From the IMG/VR virus record IMGVR_UViG_3300036944_000550, positions 32,536 through 96,535 of that record: a stretch of DNA of 64,000 bases. One strand, 5' to 3'. The translations under genes and the position numbers were made by a program. Every line of letters begins with the position of its first letter. Position 1 is the first letter of the stretch. The DNA comes from a virus. Positions 38,150 through 45,913 of the stretch are shown in pieces. A model generated the notes under the pieces. It was not told the DNA's origin. It did not search any database and saw nothing but the letters and a program-made list of their open reading frames with translations.

Positions 38150-39076
38150 TTAGTCATCAGCGAGACTCGAGAAGTAACTCATCGTGTCATCGTCACTGTC
38201 TTCTTTCCAAGGTGGCGAGTCATCCGTTGCCTTAGCAGCAGGTGCATTACGCATCTTGGTTTCGACAAACAGTTCATCTTCAGCATCAAGCGGATTAACC
38301 TTCTCAGCAGTTGCCATACGAGCACCACCACCCGTTAGAACAGTATTCATCTTCGCCTTCAGTTCATCATATGACTTGAAGTTCGAAGGATCTAGGAAGG
38401 TGGCAAGCGAATGTGCATTCTTCCAGACCTGCTCCAACTTATCCTCATCTTCATCAAGAGGAGTTGGACCATCGAATTCTGACTTATCGTAGTTACGGTA
38501 ACCTTCAACCTGACGAATGCGCAACTTAAAGTTAGCACCTTCCCAAAGGTCAAATGGGTTGACTGGTTTCTCATCCTCAAAGGTTGGTTGCATTACATCC
38601 TTGATCTTGTCAAAGATTTTCTTACCATACTTGTAGAGGAATACCTTACCTTCATTCTCAGGATTCGCGGGATCGCGAAGAACAAGAACGTTGGAGATGT
38701 AGGAAAGACGACGCTTTTGCTTACGAGCGATTTCCTTATTCGCTTCGATACCTGAGTTCCAAAGTTCGGAGTTCAGTTCGCCGACGGGATCTGGTTTGTT
38801 GATTGTGGTCAACGAGTTTTCGATATACCACTTTCCAGTTGGACCCTGGAAACCATGATCAAAGACGCGAACCCAAGGAAGTTCTTCACCTGCAGGAGCA
38901 GGAAGGAAACGAAGCACTGCTTGACCATTACCTGCCTTATCGACAGTTGGTTTCCAGAAGCGATCGTCGTCGCCACGCTTTTCATTTGATGGGTTTGCGA
39001 TTGACTCAACTGCCTTCATGAGTGAGTCAAAGTTTCCGCGATTCTTGCGGAGTTCTGATAGTGAATTAATTGACAT
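38150..39076 (-). CDS. gp32: Single-stranded DNA-binding protein gp32
   Basis: DDRFWKP..DKAGNG.AV.RFLP, WYIENSLTT, GKKIFDKI, NPFDLWEGANFKL, acidic tail YFSSLADD. Confidence 0.95.
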   Translation of the reverse strand: MSINSLSELRKNRGNFDSLMKAVESIANPSNEKRGDDDRFWKPTVDKAGNGQAVLRFLPAPAGEELPWVRVFDHGFQGPTGKWYIENSLTTINKPDPVGELNSELWNSGIEANKEIARKQKRRLSYISNVLVLRDPANPENEGKVFLYKYGKKIFDKIKDVMQPTFEDEKPVNPFDLWEGANFKLRIRQVEGYRNYDKSEFDGPTPLDEDEDKLEQVWKNAHSLATFLDPSNFKSYDELKAKMNTVLTGGGARMATAEKVNPLDAEDELFVETKMRNAPAAKATDDSPPWKEDSDDDTMSYFSSLADD

Positions 39077-39106
39077 ATGTATTGTCCTTATATTTGCGTT
39101 GTATGT

Positions 39107-39280
39107 TTAGTATTTGCGGTTTGTATTGTAATCATCGTAGTCATCATACTCTTCAGCATCATTACTACCTGAGTATTTATACAGGTTTTTACGGTGCTTA
39201 TTTGATTTATCAACACCCTTGCGTACTTCTTTTACTCGGGGTTCAGACCCGTAGTAGTCTTTACTTCTTGAGTTACTCAT
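39107..39280 (-). CDS. Small hypothetical protein (57 aa, basic then acidic), missing from the ORF track
   Basis: MSNSRSKDYY...EEYDDYDDYNTNRKY. The ATG directly follows the gp59 stop. Confidence 0.6.
   Translation of the reverse strand: MSNSRSKDYYGSEPRVKEVRKGVDKSNKHRKNLYKYSGSNDAEEYDDYDDYNTNRKY
39174..39181 (-). promoter_or_regulatory. T4-type late promoter upstream of gp32
   Basis: Exact TATAAATA about 100 nt upstream of the gp32 ATG. Confidence 0.55.
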
Positions 39281-39883
39281 CTAACAGACCACTTGGCCTT
39301 TCTCCTTATTCCATAGTTCAAAGAATTTTGTTCGATCTATACGAACGAACGGACGGTACTTAATTATCAAAAGATTTAAATCCTTCCAGATAAAATCGTT
39401 CAATAATTCAGTAGTTACATTATACCTGAAATCTAGTAGTTTGTCAAGTATAATAACTGTTTCTAGTGAAATTTTTTTACCAAGTAACATCTTAATTAAT
39501 AATGGATGTTGATTGCTAACAGATACAAAAGGATCTTGCTCTGACTTCTCTGCTTCTAATAGCAACCGACTAATATCATCTGTGAACATGTAAGACAATC
39601 TATCTTGTCTACCTTTCCACTTTTCATAGATGTCATCAGAATCTGCACTAAAGATGCCGCCGTTCTTATCTCCTGCTGCAAAGTTTGCAACAAAGTAGTT
39701 GATAATTTCTTGACGAGCGACGAACTTCTTCGCCAGTTTCCTGAATAGGAAAACATCTCTTCGTTTTAAGAAGGCAGATTCTGATGACTTGACAGCACCC
39801 TTGGTTTTGGTGATGTCATATGACTCAGTAGTGAAATGTAGTTTAAGTGCCATGTAGAGGCGATAAACTTCATATGCTTCCAT
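39281..39883 (-). CDS. gp59: Helicase loader gp59
   Basis: YRLYMALKLHFT..YD, F.KRRD..LF.KLA, YFVANF, ISLETVIILD, KYRPF. Confidence 0.85.
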   Translation of the reverse strand: MEAYEVYRLYMALKLHFTTESYDITKTKGAVKSSESAFLKRRDVFLFRKLAKKFVARQEIINYFVANFAAGDKNGGIFSADSDDIYEKWKGRQDRLSYMFTDDISRLLLEAEKSEQDPFVSVSNQHPLLIKMLLGKKISLETVIILDKLLDFRYNVTTELLNDFIWKDLNLLIIKYRPFVRIDRTKFFELWNKEKGQVVC

Positions 39884-40158
39884 TAAAGTGGTAATTTCCC
39901 GCCAGATTTACGCTTTAGCATATTTAGTTCTTCTGCTTCTGCTCGAATCTTTTCTTTTAGAGAAGTGGTGAGTAATACAGCAACAGATTCCATCTCAATA
40001 TCTTTTTTGATACAATAATCAAGAAGAATATCCAAACAAGGAATACCATTCTCGAATGATTGTTTCTCCACGAATTGAGAGAACTCTATTGCTGTATTAT
40101 ACTCTTTCGTAATTAAAAATTCATTGGTTACTTCAGAACCATCCATTACCATGTTCAA
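39883..40158 (-). CDS. gp33: Late transcription co-activator gp33
   Basis: FSQFVE...LDYC...IEMESV..LL...LKEKIRAEAEELNML...KLPL. Confidence 0.85.
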   Translation of the reverse strand: MNMVMDGSEVTNEFLITKEYNTAIEFSQFVEKQSFENGIPCLDILLDYCIKKDIEMESVAVLLTTSLKEKIRAEAEELNMLKRKSGGKLPL

Positions 40159-40163
40159 AATTA

Positions 40164-40769
40164 TTATCCTGCATAAAAAATGTGATCACCGATTTTCGCA
40201 ACACGCTTCAGATTCCATCTTGGATTAACATAATCCGCATGGTAGAATAACACGTTACGTCCAAGTATACCCTGATTTGCCCCAGAAAGCAATACTTTTT
40301 CAGCAACTTTTTTAGATTCTGAATATTGCTGGGCGCTGCGTATGCTCTTGTTACCTTCGCATACCCATGAGAACTGGCAAACACGCTTAGTTCTCTGATA
40401 CACGACTGCGCATACAGACTTCGGGAACTTGGGACTTTTTACGCGATTGATAGTTACTGCAGCAACCGCCAACTTTCCTTGAGTTGACTGGTTTCCTGCC
40501 TCGTAGTAAATATTGTCTGCTAGACATTTCAATTCGCGATTATTTGCTAAATGTATGTTTTGGGTTTCAATTTTTCTTAATGCGGTTTTCTTTTTTTCTT
40601 CTGCCGCATCTTCTTTAATCTCTTGGATTACTTCTACAAAGCCAAGGGAGTATTCCCTTGTATCTCTCTCGATAGCATCTTCAGCATATGAATTGATTCC
40701 ATATAAACTATATACTAATACTGTAAAAATCGAAAGAAACTTGAAAAACTTCTTGTTAAAGGAAGTCAT
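40164..40769 (-). CDS. Cell wall hydrolase (SleB/Hydrolase_2) with an N-terminal hydrophobic segment; candidate endolysin
   Basis: CLADNIYYEAGNQ, AVAAVTINRV, FP.SVCAVVYQ, QFSW, FYHADYVNP.W, IGDHIFY. Confidence 0.88.
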   Translation of the reverse strand: MTSFNKKFFKFLSIFTVLVYSLYGINSYAEDAIERDTREYSLGFVEVIQEIKEDAAEEKKKTALRKIETQNIHLANNRELKCLADNIYYEAGNQSTQGKLAVAAVTINRVKSPKFPKSVCAVVYQRTKRVCQFSWVCEGNKSIRSAQQYSESKKVAEKVLLSGANQGILGRNVLFYHADYVNPRWNLKRVAKIGDHIFYAG

Positions 40770-40789
40770 CTTATTTCCTAGTACTTGTT

Positions 40790-40916
40790 AAACTTGAGAG
40801 GGTATTAACCAGTGACTCCCCACACTGGGTCGTAAACGACAAAATCCCCCGATGCTTTGCTGTTACCAGATCGGCACCGAGGGATTCATATAACTATTTA
40901 TAGATTTTGAATCCCT
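40790..40916 (-). promoter_or_regulatory. Late promoter (40895-40902), leaderless 8-codon uORF (40863-40889) and structured leader of the hydrolase
   Basis: TATAAATA-N5-ATG encoding MNPSVPIW*; a 13-bp stem with two G-U pairs (40874-40886/40843-40855); two further hairpins. Confidence 0.55.
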
Positions 40917-40924
40917 ATGTTAAC

Positions 40925-41250
40925 TCGTTCCACCCGTTTAATCGAACGGTTGATAGTTTTATTCTGTTTCGAGGAAAAACTATCAAAAACCCAATGCTAG
41001 CTTATGCAGCTAGAGCAAAGGCAACGTTATCGTTTGCATTTACAGTTTGTGGCGCTTTGCCAGTCAATCAGTCTCGGTATTCCTATTACACGAAAATCGA
41101 ATTCCAAGGTCACCCCCGTCATAGATACACTTTTCAGTTATTCGGTTGCTATAGCAATATCCGAGCCACTCAGGGCAAATGTATCTATGGTGGAGGTGGA
41201 GGGAGTCGAACCCTCGTCTTTCCGCTTTTATTGTCAACTGTCAACAACTG
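40925..41250 (-). ncRNA. ssrA: Circularly permuted (two-piece) tmRNA; ends approximate
   Basis: The acceptor piece comes first: T-arm GAGGG-TTCGACT-CCCTC, then CACCTCC-A-CCA ending at 41188. A 70-nt self-paired spacer follows, then the coding piece from GGGGGTG (41117, giving G3-U70) with tag ANDNVAFALAA* at 41037-41002. Confidence 0.92.
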
Positions 41251-41256
41251 ATATAT

Positions 41257-41288
41257 TATTTATACTATACATAACGTAGAAAGTCAAG
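41257..41288 (-). promoter_or_regulatory. Overlapping sigma70 (CTTGACT-N17-TATAAA) and late (TATAAATA) promoter for the tmRNA
   Basis: TTGACT at 41287-41282; TATAAATA at 41264-41257. Confidence 0.7.
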
Positions 41289-41292
41289 TGTT

Positions 41293-41487
41293 TTATGCTT
41301 CCCAAGGAAGTTTTTTTCCTACTGAACCCCACTTACCAATGGGGCAAGATGCGCGATTAAGTTTAGTTTTTGCGGGCATGAGACAACCGCATTTCATACA
41401 CAGTTTCGCTTTTAAAAACTCACACTGCCTACAAATTTCCATCCGTTGTTCGGATAGTTCACTCACTGGTATAATACCCATTTTCAT
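41293..41487 (-). CDS. Small Cys-rich putative zinc-binding protein
   Basis: R..IC..C...C..CGC.M.AK.......CP.GKW. Confidence 0.7.
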   Translation of the reverse strand: MKMGIIPVSELSEQRMEICRQCEFLKAKLCMKCGCLMPAKTKLNRASCPIGKWGSVGKKLPWEA

Positions 41488-42142
41488 AGTAGTCGCGAGT
41501 GCGAAGAAGTTTCTTCACCCAGTCATCACGTTTCTCGATGAATACCTGAGGAACGTCATCTTCAACTGCGATTAGGATTACTAACCACGGAACAGGAATC
41601 CCAGTACGTTCTTCATACATGATAGCATATGCTGCTGTCTGCATGAAGTAACTTTCAATGTAAGATTTAGACTTTGACTTATTTGAAGTCTTAAAGTCGA
41701 TGACAGCACGTTTGCCTTGATACTCAGCGATACAGTCAACTCGGCCTGCCATACGCAGATGATCACTGTAAAGCGCAAGTTCCTGACAATGGATGTTGCT
41801 GATTGGTTCTAGAATAGATTTAAACTTATTGAACATCTCAACGTCAAGCATCGATGCTTTAACTTCATCAATCTTGTCACTAACGTTTTCGTTCTTGAGA
41901 TATGTCTCAGTTAGCGTGTGAATCTTAGTTCCACGAGTTGATGCTTTACTTGAGATCTTATTCGCTTCTTCTTCACCAACACGCTTTCGCCAAGCGGCAA
42001 TAGAGTCGCGGGATAGAACTCCAAGAACGGTGGTGGCAGAAGGATATGCAACGCCACTGGCATTTACATAAACTCTACCACCATCTTCGCTCGTAGTTGA
42101 CTGGGCAAAATCTTCATATTCATATATTGTTTCAAACATCAT
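41459..42142 (-). CDS. PD-(D/E)XK exonuclease
   Basis: YPSATTVL, W.KRVG, RGTKIH, AGRVDCIAEY, IDFKTS, YFMQ.AAY. Confidence 0.85.
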   Translation of the reverse strand: MMFETIYEYEDFAQSTTSEDGGRVYVNASGVAYPSATTVLGVLSRDSIAAWRKRVGEEEANKISSKASTRGTKIHTLTETYLKNENVSDKIDEVKASMLDVEMFNKFKSILEPISNIHCQELALYSDHLRMAGRVDCIAEYQGKRAVIDFKTSNKSKSKSYIESYFMQTAAYAIMYEERTGIPVPWLVILIAVEDDVPQVFIEKRDDWVKKLLRTRDYYENGYYTSE

Positions 42143-42148
42143 AAATCC

Positions 42149-42180
42149 ATTATACTATAATTGACAGAAAAGTCAAGCCC
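42149..42180 (-). promoter_or_regulatory. Sigma70-type promoter GGGCTTGACT-N16-TATAAT; predicted start at the exonuclease ATG
   Basis: TTGACT at 42176-42171, TATAAT at 42154-42149, ATG at 42142. Confidence 0.6.
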
Positions 42181-42933
42181 TTAATTATGTTTTTCTTCAT
42201 ATTCTAAACGAGCAAGGATATATTCCTTGACAAGTTTAGACCTGACAATATCATTCACAGAAAATTCAACCGTCTTAAATGATGGCATCATCTCAGCAAT
42301 TGCGATAAACTTTTGCAACCCTGACATGTCGTTCTTTTTATTTAGGTCGGTTTGACGGAAGTCTCCACAGAAGATAATCTTGGAGTTTTTACCGATACGT
42401 GTCATTATAGAGTTGAGTTCCATGTCAGTCATGTTCTGGCATTCGTCAACAATGATCACTGAATTATCAAGTGTGATACCACGCACGAACGAGGTGATTA
42501 GGAAATGAACGGTCTTTTGCTCCTGCATGCGCAGGAAGGGTTGGATGTGATTGAATAGATCATCACATATCTCAACGTAAGGTAAAGTATAGACCTCTGT
42601 TTTTTCCTTCTCGTCACCTGGAAGGTGTCCGATATCTCTTGATGGTACTGCTGAACGCACAACAACAAGACGTTCATAATCTGTTGTTGGATCCAGAACT
42701 TCTTCAAGTGCTTTATACATGGAAATAAATGTTTTGCCTGTTCCTGCTACACCATGTAGTAGCATTGCAGTGGACTGTTGATTATAAAGATCGAAGAAGA
42801 GTCGTTGATTCTGTGTCTTAGGTTGAATATTTCGTAGATCCTCATATTTAACTTTACACAGTTTACTCTTTTCAATTGTTACCTTTGGTTCAGAATTCGT
42901 TACAACTTGGAGATTGTTTTTTCTTCTCGTCAT
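42181..42933 (-). CDS. phoH: PhoH-family ATPase
   Basis: GVAGTGKT Walker A, IGHLPG, SFVRGITL, IIVDECQN, GDFRQTDL, DIVRS. Confidence 0.92.
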   Translation of the reverse strand: MTRRKNNLQVVTNSEPKVTIEKSKLCKVKYEDLRNIQPKTQNQRLFFDLYNQQSTAMLLHGVAGTGKTFISMYKALEEVLDPTTDYERLVVVRSAVPSRDIGHLPGDEKEKTEVYTLPYVEICDDLFNHIQPFLRMQEQKTVHFLITSFVRGITLDNSVIIVDECQNMTDMELNSIMTRIGKNSKIIFCGDFRQTDLNKKNDMSGLQKFIAIAEMMPSFKTVEFSVNDIVRSKLVKEYILARLEYEEKHN

Positions 42934-42964
42934 GAACAGTCCTTATTCTTACTAGAGTGAATAC

Positions 42965-42996
42965 AAAAAAGGCGACGCCACGCAGGTGGAGTCGCC
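42965..42996 (-). terminator. Rho-independent terminator upstream of phoH
   Basis: GGCGACTCCAC-CTGC-GTGGCGTCGCC followed by TTTTTT on the minus strand. Confidence 0.8.
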
Positions 42997-43001
42997 GTTT
43001 G

Positions 43002-43052
43002 TTACCGAGGGAGTTCGGTATCTGAAATTGGAATTGGTGTTTTTGTTCTCAT
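43002..43052 (-). CDS. Putative leaderless 16-aa leader peptide MRTKTPIPISDTELPR
   Basis: The ATG lies 5 nt after AATAAATA (43058-43065) and the stop lies just before the terminator. Confidence 0.35.
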   Translation of the reverse strand: MRTKTPIPISDTELPR

Positions 43053-43063
43053 GTAAGTATTTA

Positions 43064-43603
43064 TTAAACTGTATCGCTCCACCACTCTGGAATAGGACGT
43101 TTTTTCCACTTTGCCATAGTTTTTTTTGCACCGATATAATAGTTACGATACGAAACAACTGAGCAAGGATCTTTGTATTCATCAGGCATCGCAGGAGTTG
43201 GTTGGGTAAAATAACCAACAGGAATATTAGCAGGAGGTTTGCGCAACCAGTATACTAGGCGATCAGTCGCATGAATCTTACCATATCGGTAAGTATATTC
43301 CTGTAGCAGATCCTGCAACAAACACATCAACCAATTGTAATTATTATTAGACTGCCGAACCCAAATAGCACTGGGATGGTTAATATGTGACGCCTTGTAA
43401 AGCATATTCTCCATGTTCTCATCACCAAGTCGCCAACGTTTTATGCGTCGACCAGAAGAGGCATCAATATATTCTTTACCATCAAGCATACGATGTGCTG
43501 TTGACAGTAATTGGGCATACTCTAAAATCATTTTAACAACGTGCTTATCATTGTGATATGTAGCACAAGTTTTGACGTCACGGTCAAGGTAAAAAATATT
43601 CAT
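43064..43603 (-). CDS. Pyrimidine-dimer DNA glycosylase / endonuclease V-like protein
   Basis: MNIFYLD, HNDKHVVKMILEYAQLLSTAH, H.NHPSAIW, EYTYRYGK.H, AMPDEYK, YRNYY. Confidence 0.75.
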   Translation of the reverse strand: MNIFYLDRDVKTCATYHNDKHVVKMILEYAQLLSTAHRMLDGKEYIDASSGRRIKRWRLGDENMENMLYKASHINHPSAIWVRQSNNNYNWLMCLLQDLLQEYTYRYGKIHATDRLVYWLRKPPANIPVGYFTQPTPAMPDEYKDPCSVVSYRNYYIGAKKTMAKWKKRPIPEWWSDTV

Positions 43604-43609
43604 AATATA

Positions 43610-43894
43610 TTAGTTCTCAAGTTTAAAGGGGACTTCCTCAATCGACTTACGAATGCATTGAATATGTGCTTTCGTAGTATTAGAAATATACTCTGATTCA
43701 AGCGAAAAGTCAATACATTTTATGACATCAACTGGATCCATCTTAATTAAATCGTCAATAATTACACGATTATCTGTTTCACCAAATGCATTAACGCAGA
43801 ATAAAACAATGTCAATGTCCATGTCCGAATACAATGGTATTCGGTATAGTCGTTTCCCGTAAAACTTATCAGGAAATTTGAGTATCTCTGCCAT
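43610..43894 (-). CDS. Hypothetical protein
   Basis: 94-aa ORF whose ATG lies 5 nt after AATAAATA (43900-43907). Confidence 0.6.
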   Translation of the reverse strand: MAEILKFPDKFYGKRLYRIPLYSDMDIDIVLFCVNAFGETDNRVIIDDLIKMDPVDVIKCIDFSLESEYISNTTKAHIQCIRKSIEEVPFKLEN

Positions 43895-43898
43895 AGAT

Positions 43899-44423
43899 CT
43901 ATTTATTAAAATGTGTTGAAAAAACTATGTGAAGTCTGTTTGCAGAAGTGGAAGCATTTATTGCAGTATGTTTAACGTTGGTTTGTAAACTATACAACCT
44001 ACCAATATCTGGCATTCGTTCCACCTTGTCATCTACAACAAAGAACGCATTAGTATCAGTGATCAGAGGTATGTGATAACGAATAGAATCAGGGTCAACA
44101 TGATAACTCAAACAGGTTATCGGTGTCATGTTCATAAATCTAATACGATCTATAGTTAGGTAACCATTAGAATAATTATATATTTGATTTTCTAATTTTT
44201 TAATTTCTGGGAAAATATGCTGCGTATAATCCTGCCGCTTGAGGATATTTTGATTACGCAGAGTTCCCGATCCTAGTTGGAGTTTTTCTTCAAAACTTAG
44301 CGCCTCATCACATTCTCTATATTTGAGATTATGCTGTTTCATAACTGGTAATTCTGACCACAGTTTAATGTATGGTGCAGGATCTATAGTAAATTCTAGT
44401 TCTTTAATATACCTTGACATCAT
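43899..44423 (-). CDS. Aspartyl/asparaginyl beta-hydroxylase-like 2OG-Fe(II) oxygenase
   Basis: RIRFM, YHVD (HxD), RYHIPLIT, KHTAIN, RLHIV. Confidence 0.75.
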   Translation of the reverse strand: MMSRYIKELEFTIDPAPYIKLWSELPVMKQHNLKYRECDEALSFEEKLQLGSGTLRNQNILKRQDYTQHIFPEIKKLENQIYNYSNGYLTIDRIRFMNMTPITCLSYHVDPDSIRYHIPLITDTNAFFVVDDKVERMPDIGRLYSLQTNVKHTAINASTSANRLHIVFSTHFNK

Positions 44424-45828
44424 ACATGCCTTGAAACATTGCAGCATCTTTTACATCATTCACCATCGGAAATCCTTTGATGTTCAGACTAGTATTCAGC
44501 AACATCGGACAACCTGTTTCTTCATACCATCTTGTCAACAATTCAAACAATCCTGGATGCTGCTGCTCGTTTACAGTTTGGACGCGAGATGTGCCATCAA
44601 CGTGAATGATAGCAGGGAACTTTGTAGGAAATTTACATCTTGCAGTAAACTGCATGTAAGGGGATACTTCAACTGGCATGTCAAAATACTCTGCTGCATG
44701 TTGCTCAAGGATGACTGGTGCGAATGGTCTAAACTTTTGTCTGCGCTTGATTGCATTTACTCTATCCTTAATGTCTGTCCTAGATGGATCAGCGAGAAGA
44801 CTTCGGTTACCAAATGCTCTCGGACCAAACTCTGCCTTTCCACTAGCAACTCCAACTATACCCTCTTCAAGCAAAGAAGTCAATAGATTTTCTACAGGAT
44901 ATTCGGTATCAATATTCTCGCCGAGATATGGACCTTGCCAGTTTAGTTTTCTGCGGTTGTTTGCAGTAATAGCACCGAGAGAACTACCAGCGTCTCCTGG
45001 ATTCGGTATAATCCAGATATTATCGAAATATTTTCGAGCAATATGATTGGCAGAGCAGTTAAGTGCGCAACCCCCTGATAATACTAGATTATTTTGGAAA
45101 GTGTCTTTCATCTTTGCGCGAACGAGCAGTTTCTCGAATTCTTCCTCATAAATCTTCTGTGCTGATGCGGCAAGATCGTAGTAATCAGGATCTTCACTTT
45201 TCAACCACCACTTACATCCGCGATGTAGATTTACTTTCTCATAGAGTTCGCGCATTTCCCAATAATATTTGTCAGGATTACCATATGCTGCCATACCCAT
45301 GAGGATATACTCGTCTTCGTTTGGTTTCAATCCAACTCTGTCTGTTATAGCAGAATAGAATAAACCGAGCGATTTCGGATAATCCATGCTCCACTGTTTC
45401 TTCATCTCATTACCAGCACATGTCCAAATAGAAGCAGTATCAAATTCGCCGATAGCATCAATTACTAATGCAGTTGCAGTGTAAAATTTAGATGTGTAAT
45501 ATCCAGCAGCAGCATGCGACTCATGATGGTTCGCATATTCTATTGGTGCAGTTATACCAAATGATTTTAGATACTTCTCGGCACTGAATCTAGTCAATCC
45601 TTGCCCCGTAAGAAACCTACGCATTGCACGCAATCTCGGTTTTTCATACCAGTGGATTTTTGCTGGTTTCCCAAACTTCAATGCTACATCAATAAGATCA
45701 GTATTTAGATGCTTGTCATTTTTAATTCCACTGTATCTCTCTGCATGAGAGGCGAAGAGTATTTCTGCACCAGCAACAACAGTCAATGCAGCATCATGTG
45801 CTCCTGCAGATATACCCCATTCAATCAT
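44404..45828 (-). CDS. Carbamoyltransferase (NodU/CmcH/TobZ family)
   Basis: HDAA, HHESHAA, DAIGE, EYILMGMAAYG, GGCALNC, GDAGSSLG, EFGPRAFGNRS, FRPFAP, LLNTSLN. Confidence 0.93.
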   Translation of the reverse strand: MIEWGISAGAHDAALTVVAGAEILFASHAERYSGIKNDKHLNTDLIDVALKFGKPAKIHWYEKPRLRAMRRFLTGQGLTRFSAEKYLKSFGITAPIEYANHHESHAAAGYYTSKFYTATALVIDAIGEFDTASIWTCAGNEMKKQWSMDYPKSLGLFYSAITDRVGLKPNEDEYILMGMAAYGNPDKYYWEMRELYEKVNLHRGCKWWLKSEDPDYYDLAASAQKIYEEEFEKLLVRAKMKDTFQNNLVLSGGCALNCSANHIARKYFDNIWIIPNPGDAGSSLGAITANNRRKLNWQGPYLGENIDTEYPVENLLTSLLEEGIVGVASGKAEFGPRAFGNRSLLADPSRTDIKDRVNAIKRRQKFRPFAPVILEQHAAEYFDMPVEVSPYMQFTARCKFPTKFPAIIHVDGTSRVQTVNEQQHPGLFELLTRWYEETGCPMLLNTSLNIKGFPMVNDVKDAAMFQGMYDVKVY

Positions 45829-45913
45829 AGATAAACGGATCGCTCTTTCGTATCTTATTGATTCTTCTTCGTAGTTTATATGCATTATACCATTTAATTA
45901 TTTTCTGGAACAT
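45821..45913 (-). CDS. 30-aa basic peptide ending DPFIYD, missing from the ORF track
   Basis: MFQKIIKWYNAYKLRRRINKIRKSDPFIYD. GGAGGA RBS; the 3' end overlaps the carbamoyltransferase start. Confidence 0.65.
   Translation of the reverse strand: MFQKIIKWYNAYKLRRRINKIRKSDPFIYD

Noticed and set aside
41188-41215. Apparent standalone tRNA or attachment-site fragment
   Set aside because: There is no D or anticodon arm upstream. The matching 5' acceptor strand and tag ORF lie downstream, so this is the acceptor piece of a permuted tmRNA.
40907-41279. Plus-strand ORFs of 114 and 91 aa
   Set aside because: They are antisense to the tmRNA and have no recognisable motifs.
41459-42142. Cas4-like protein implying CRISPR adaptation
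   Set aside because: It lacks the four-Cys Fe-S motif and any cas context; it is the common T4-like exonuclease.
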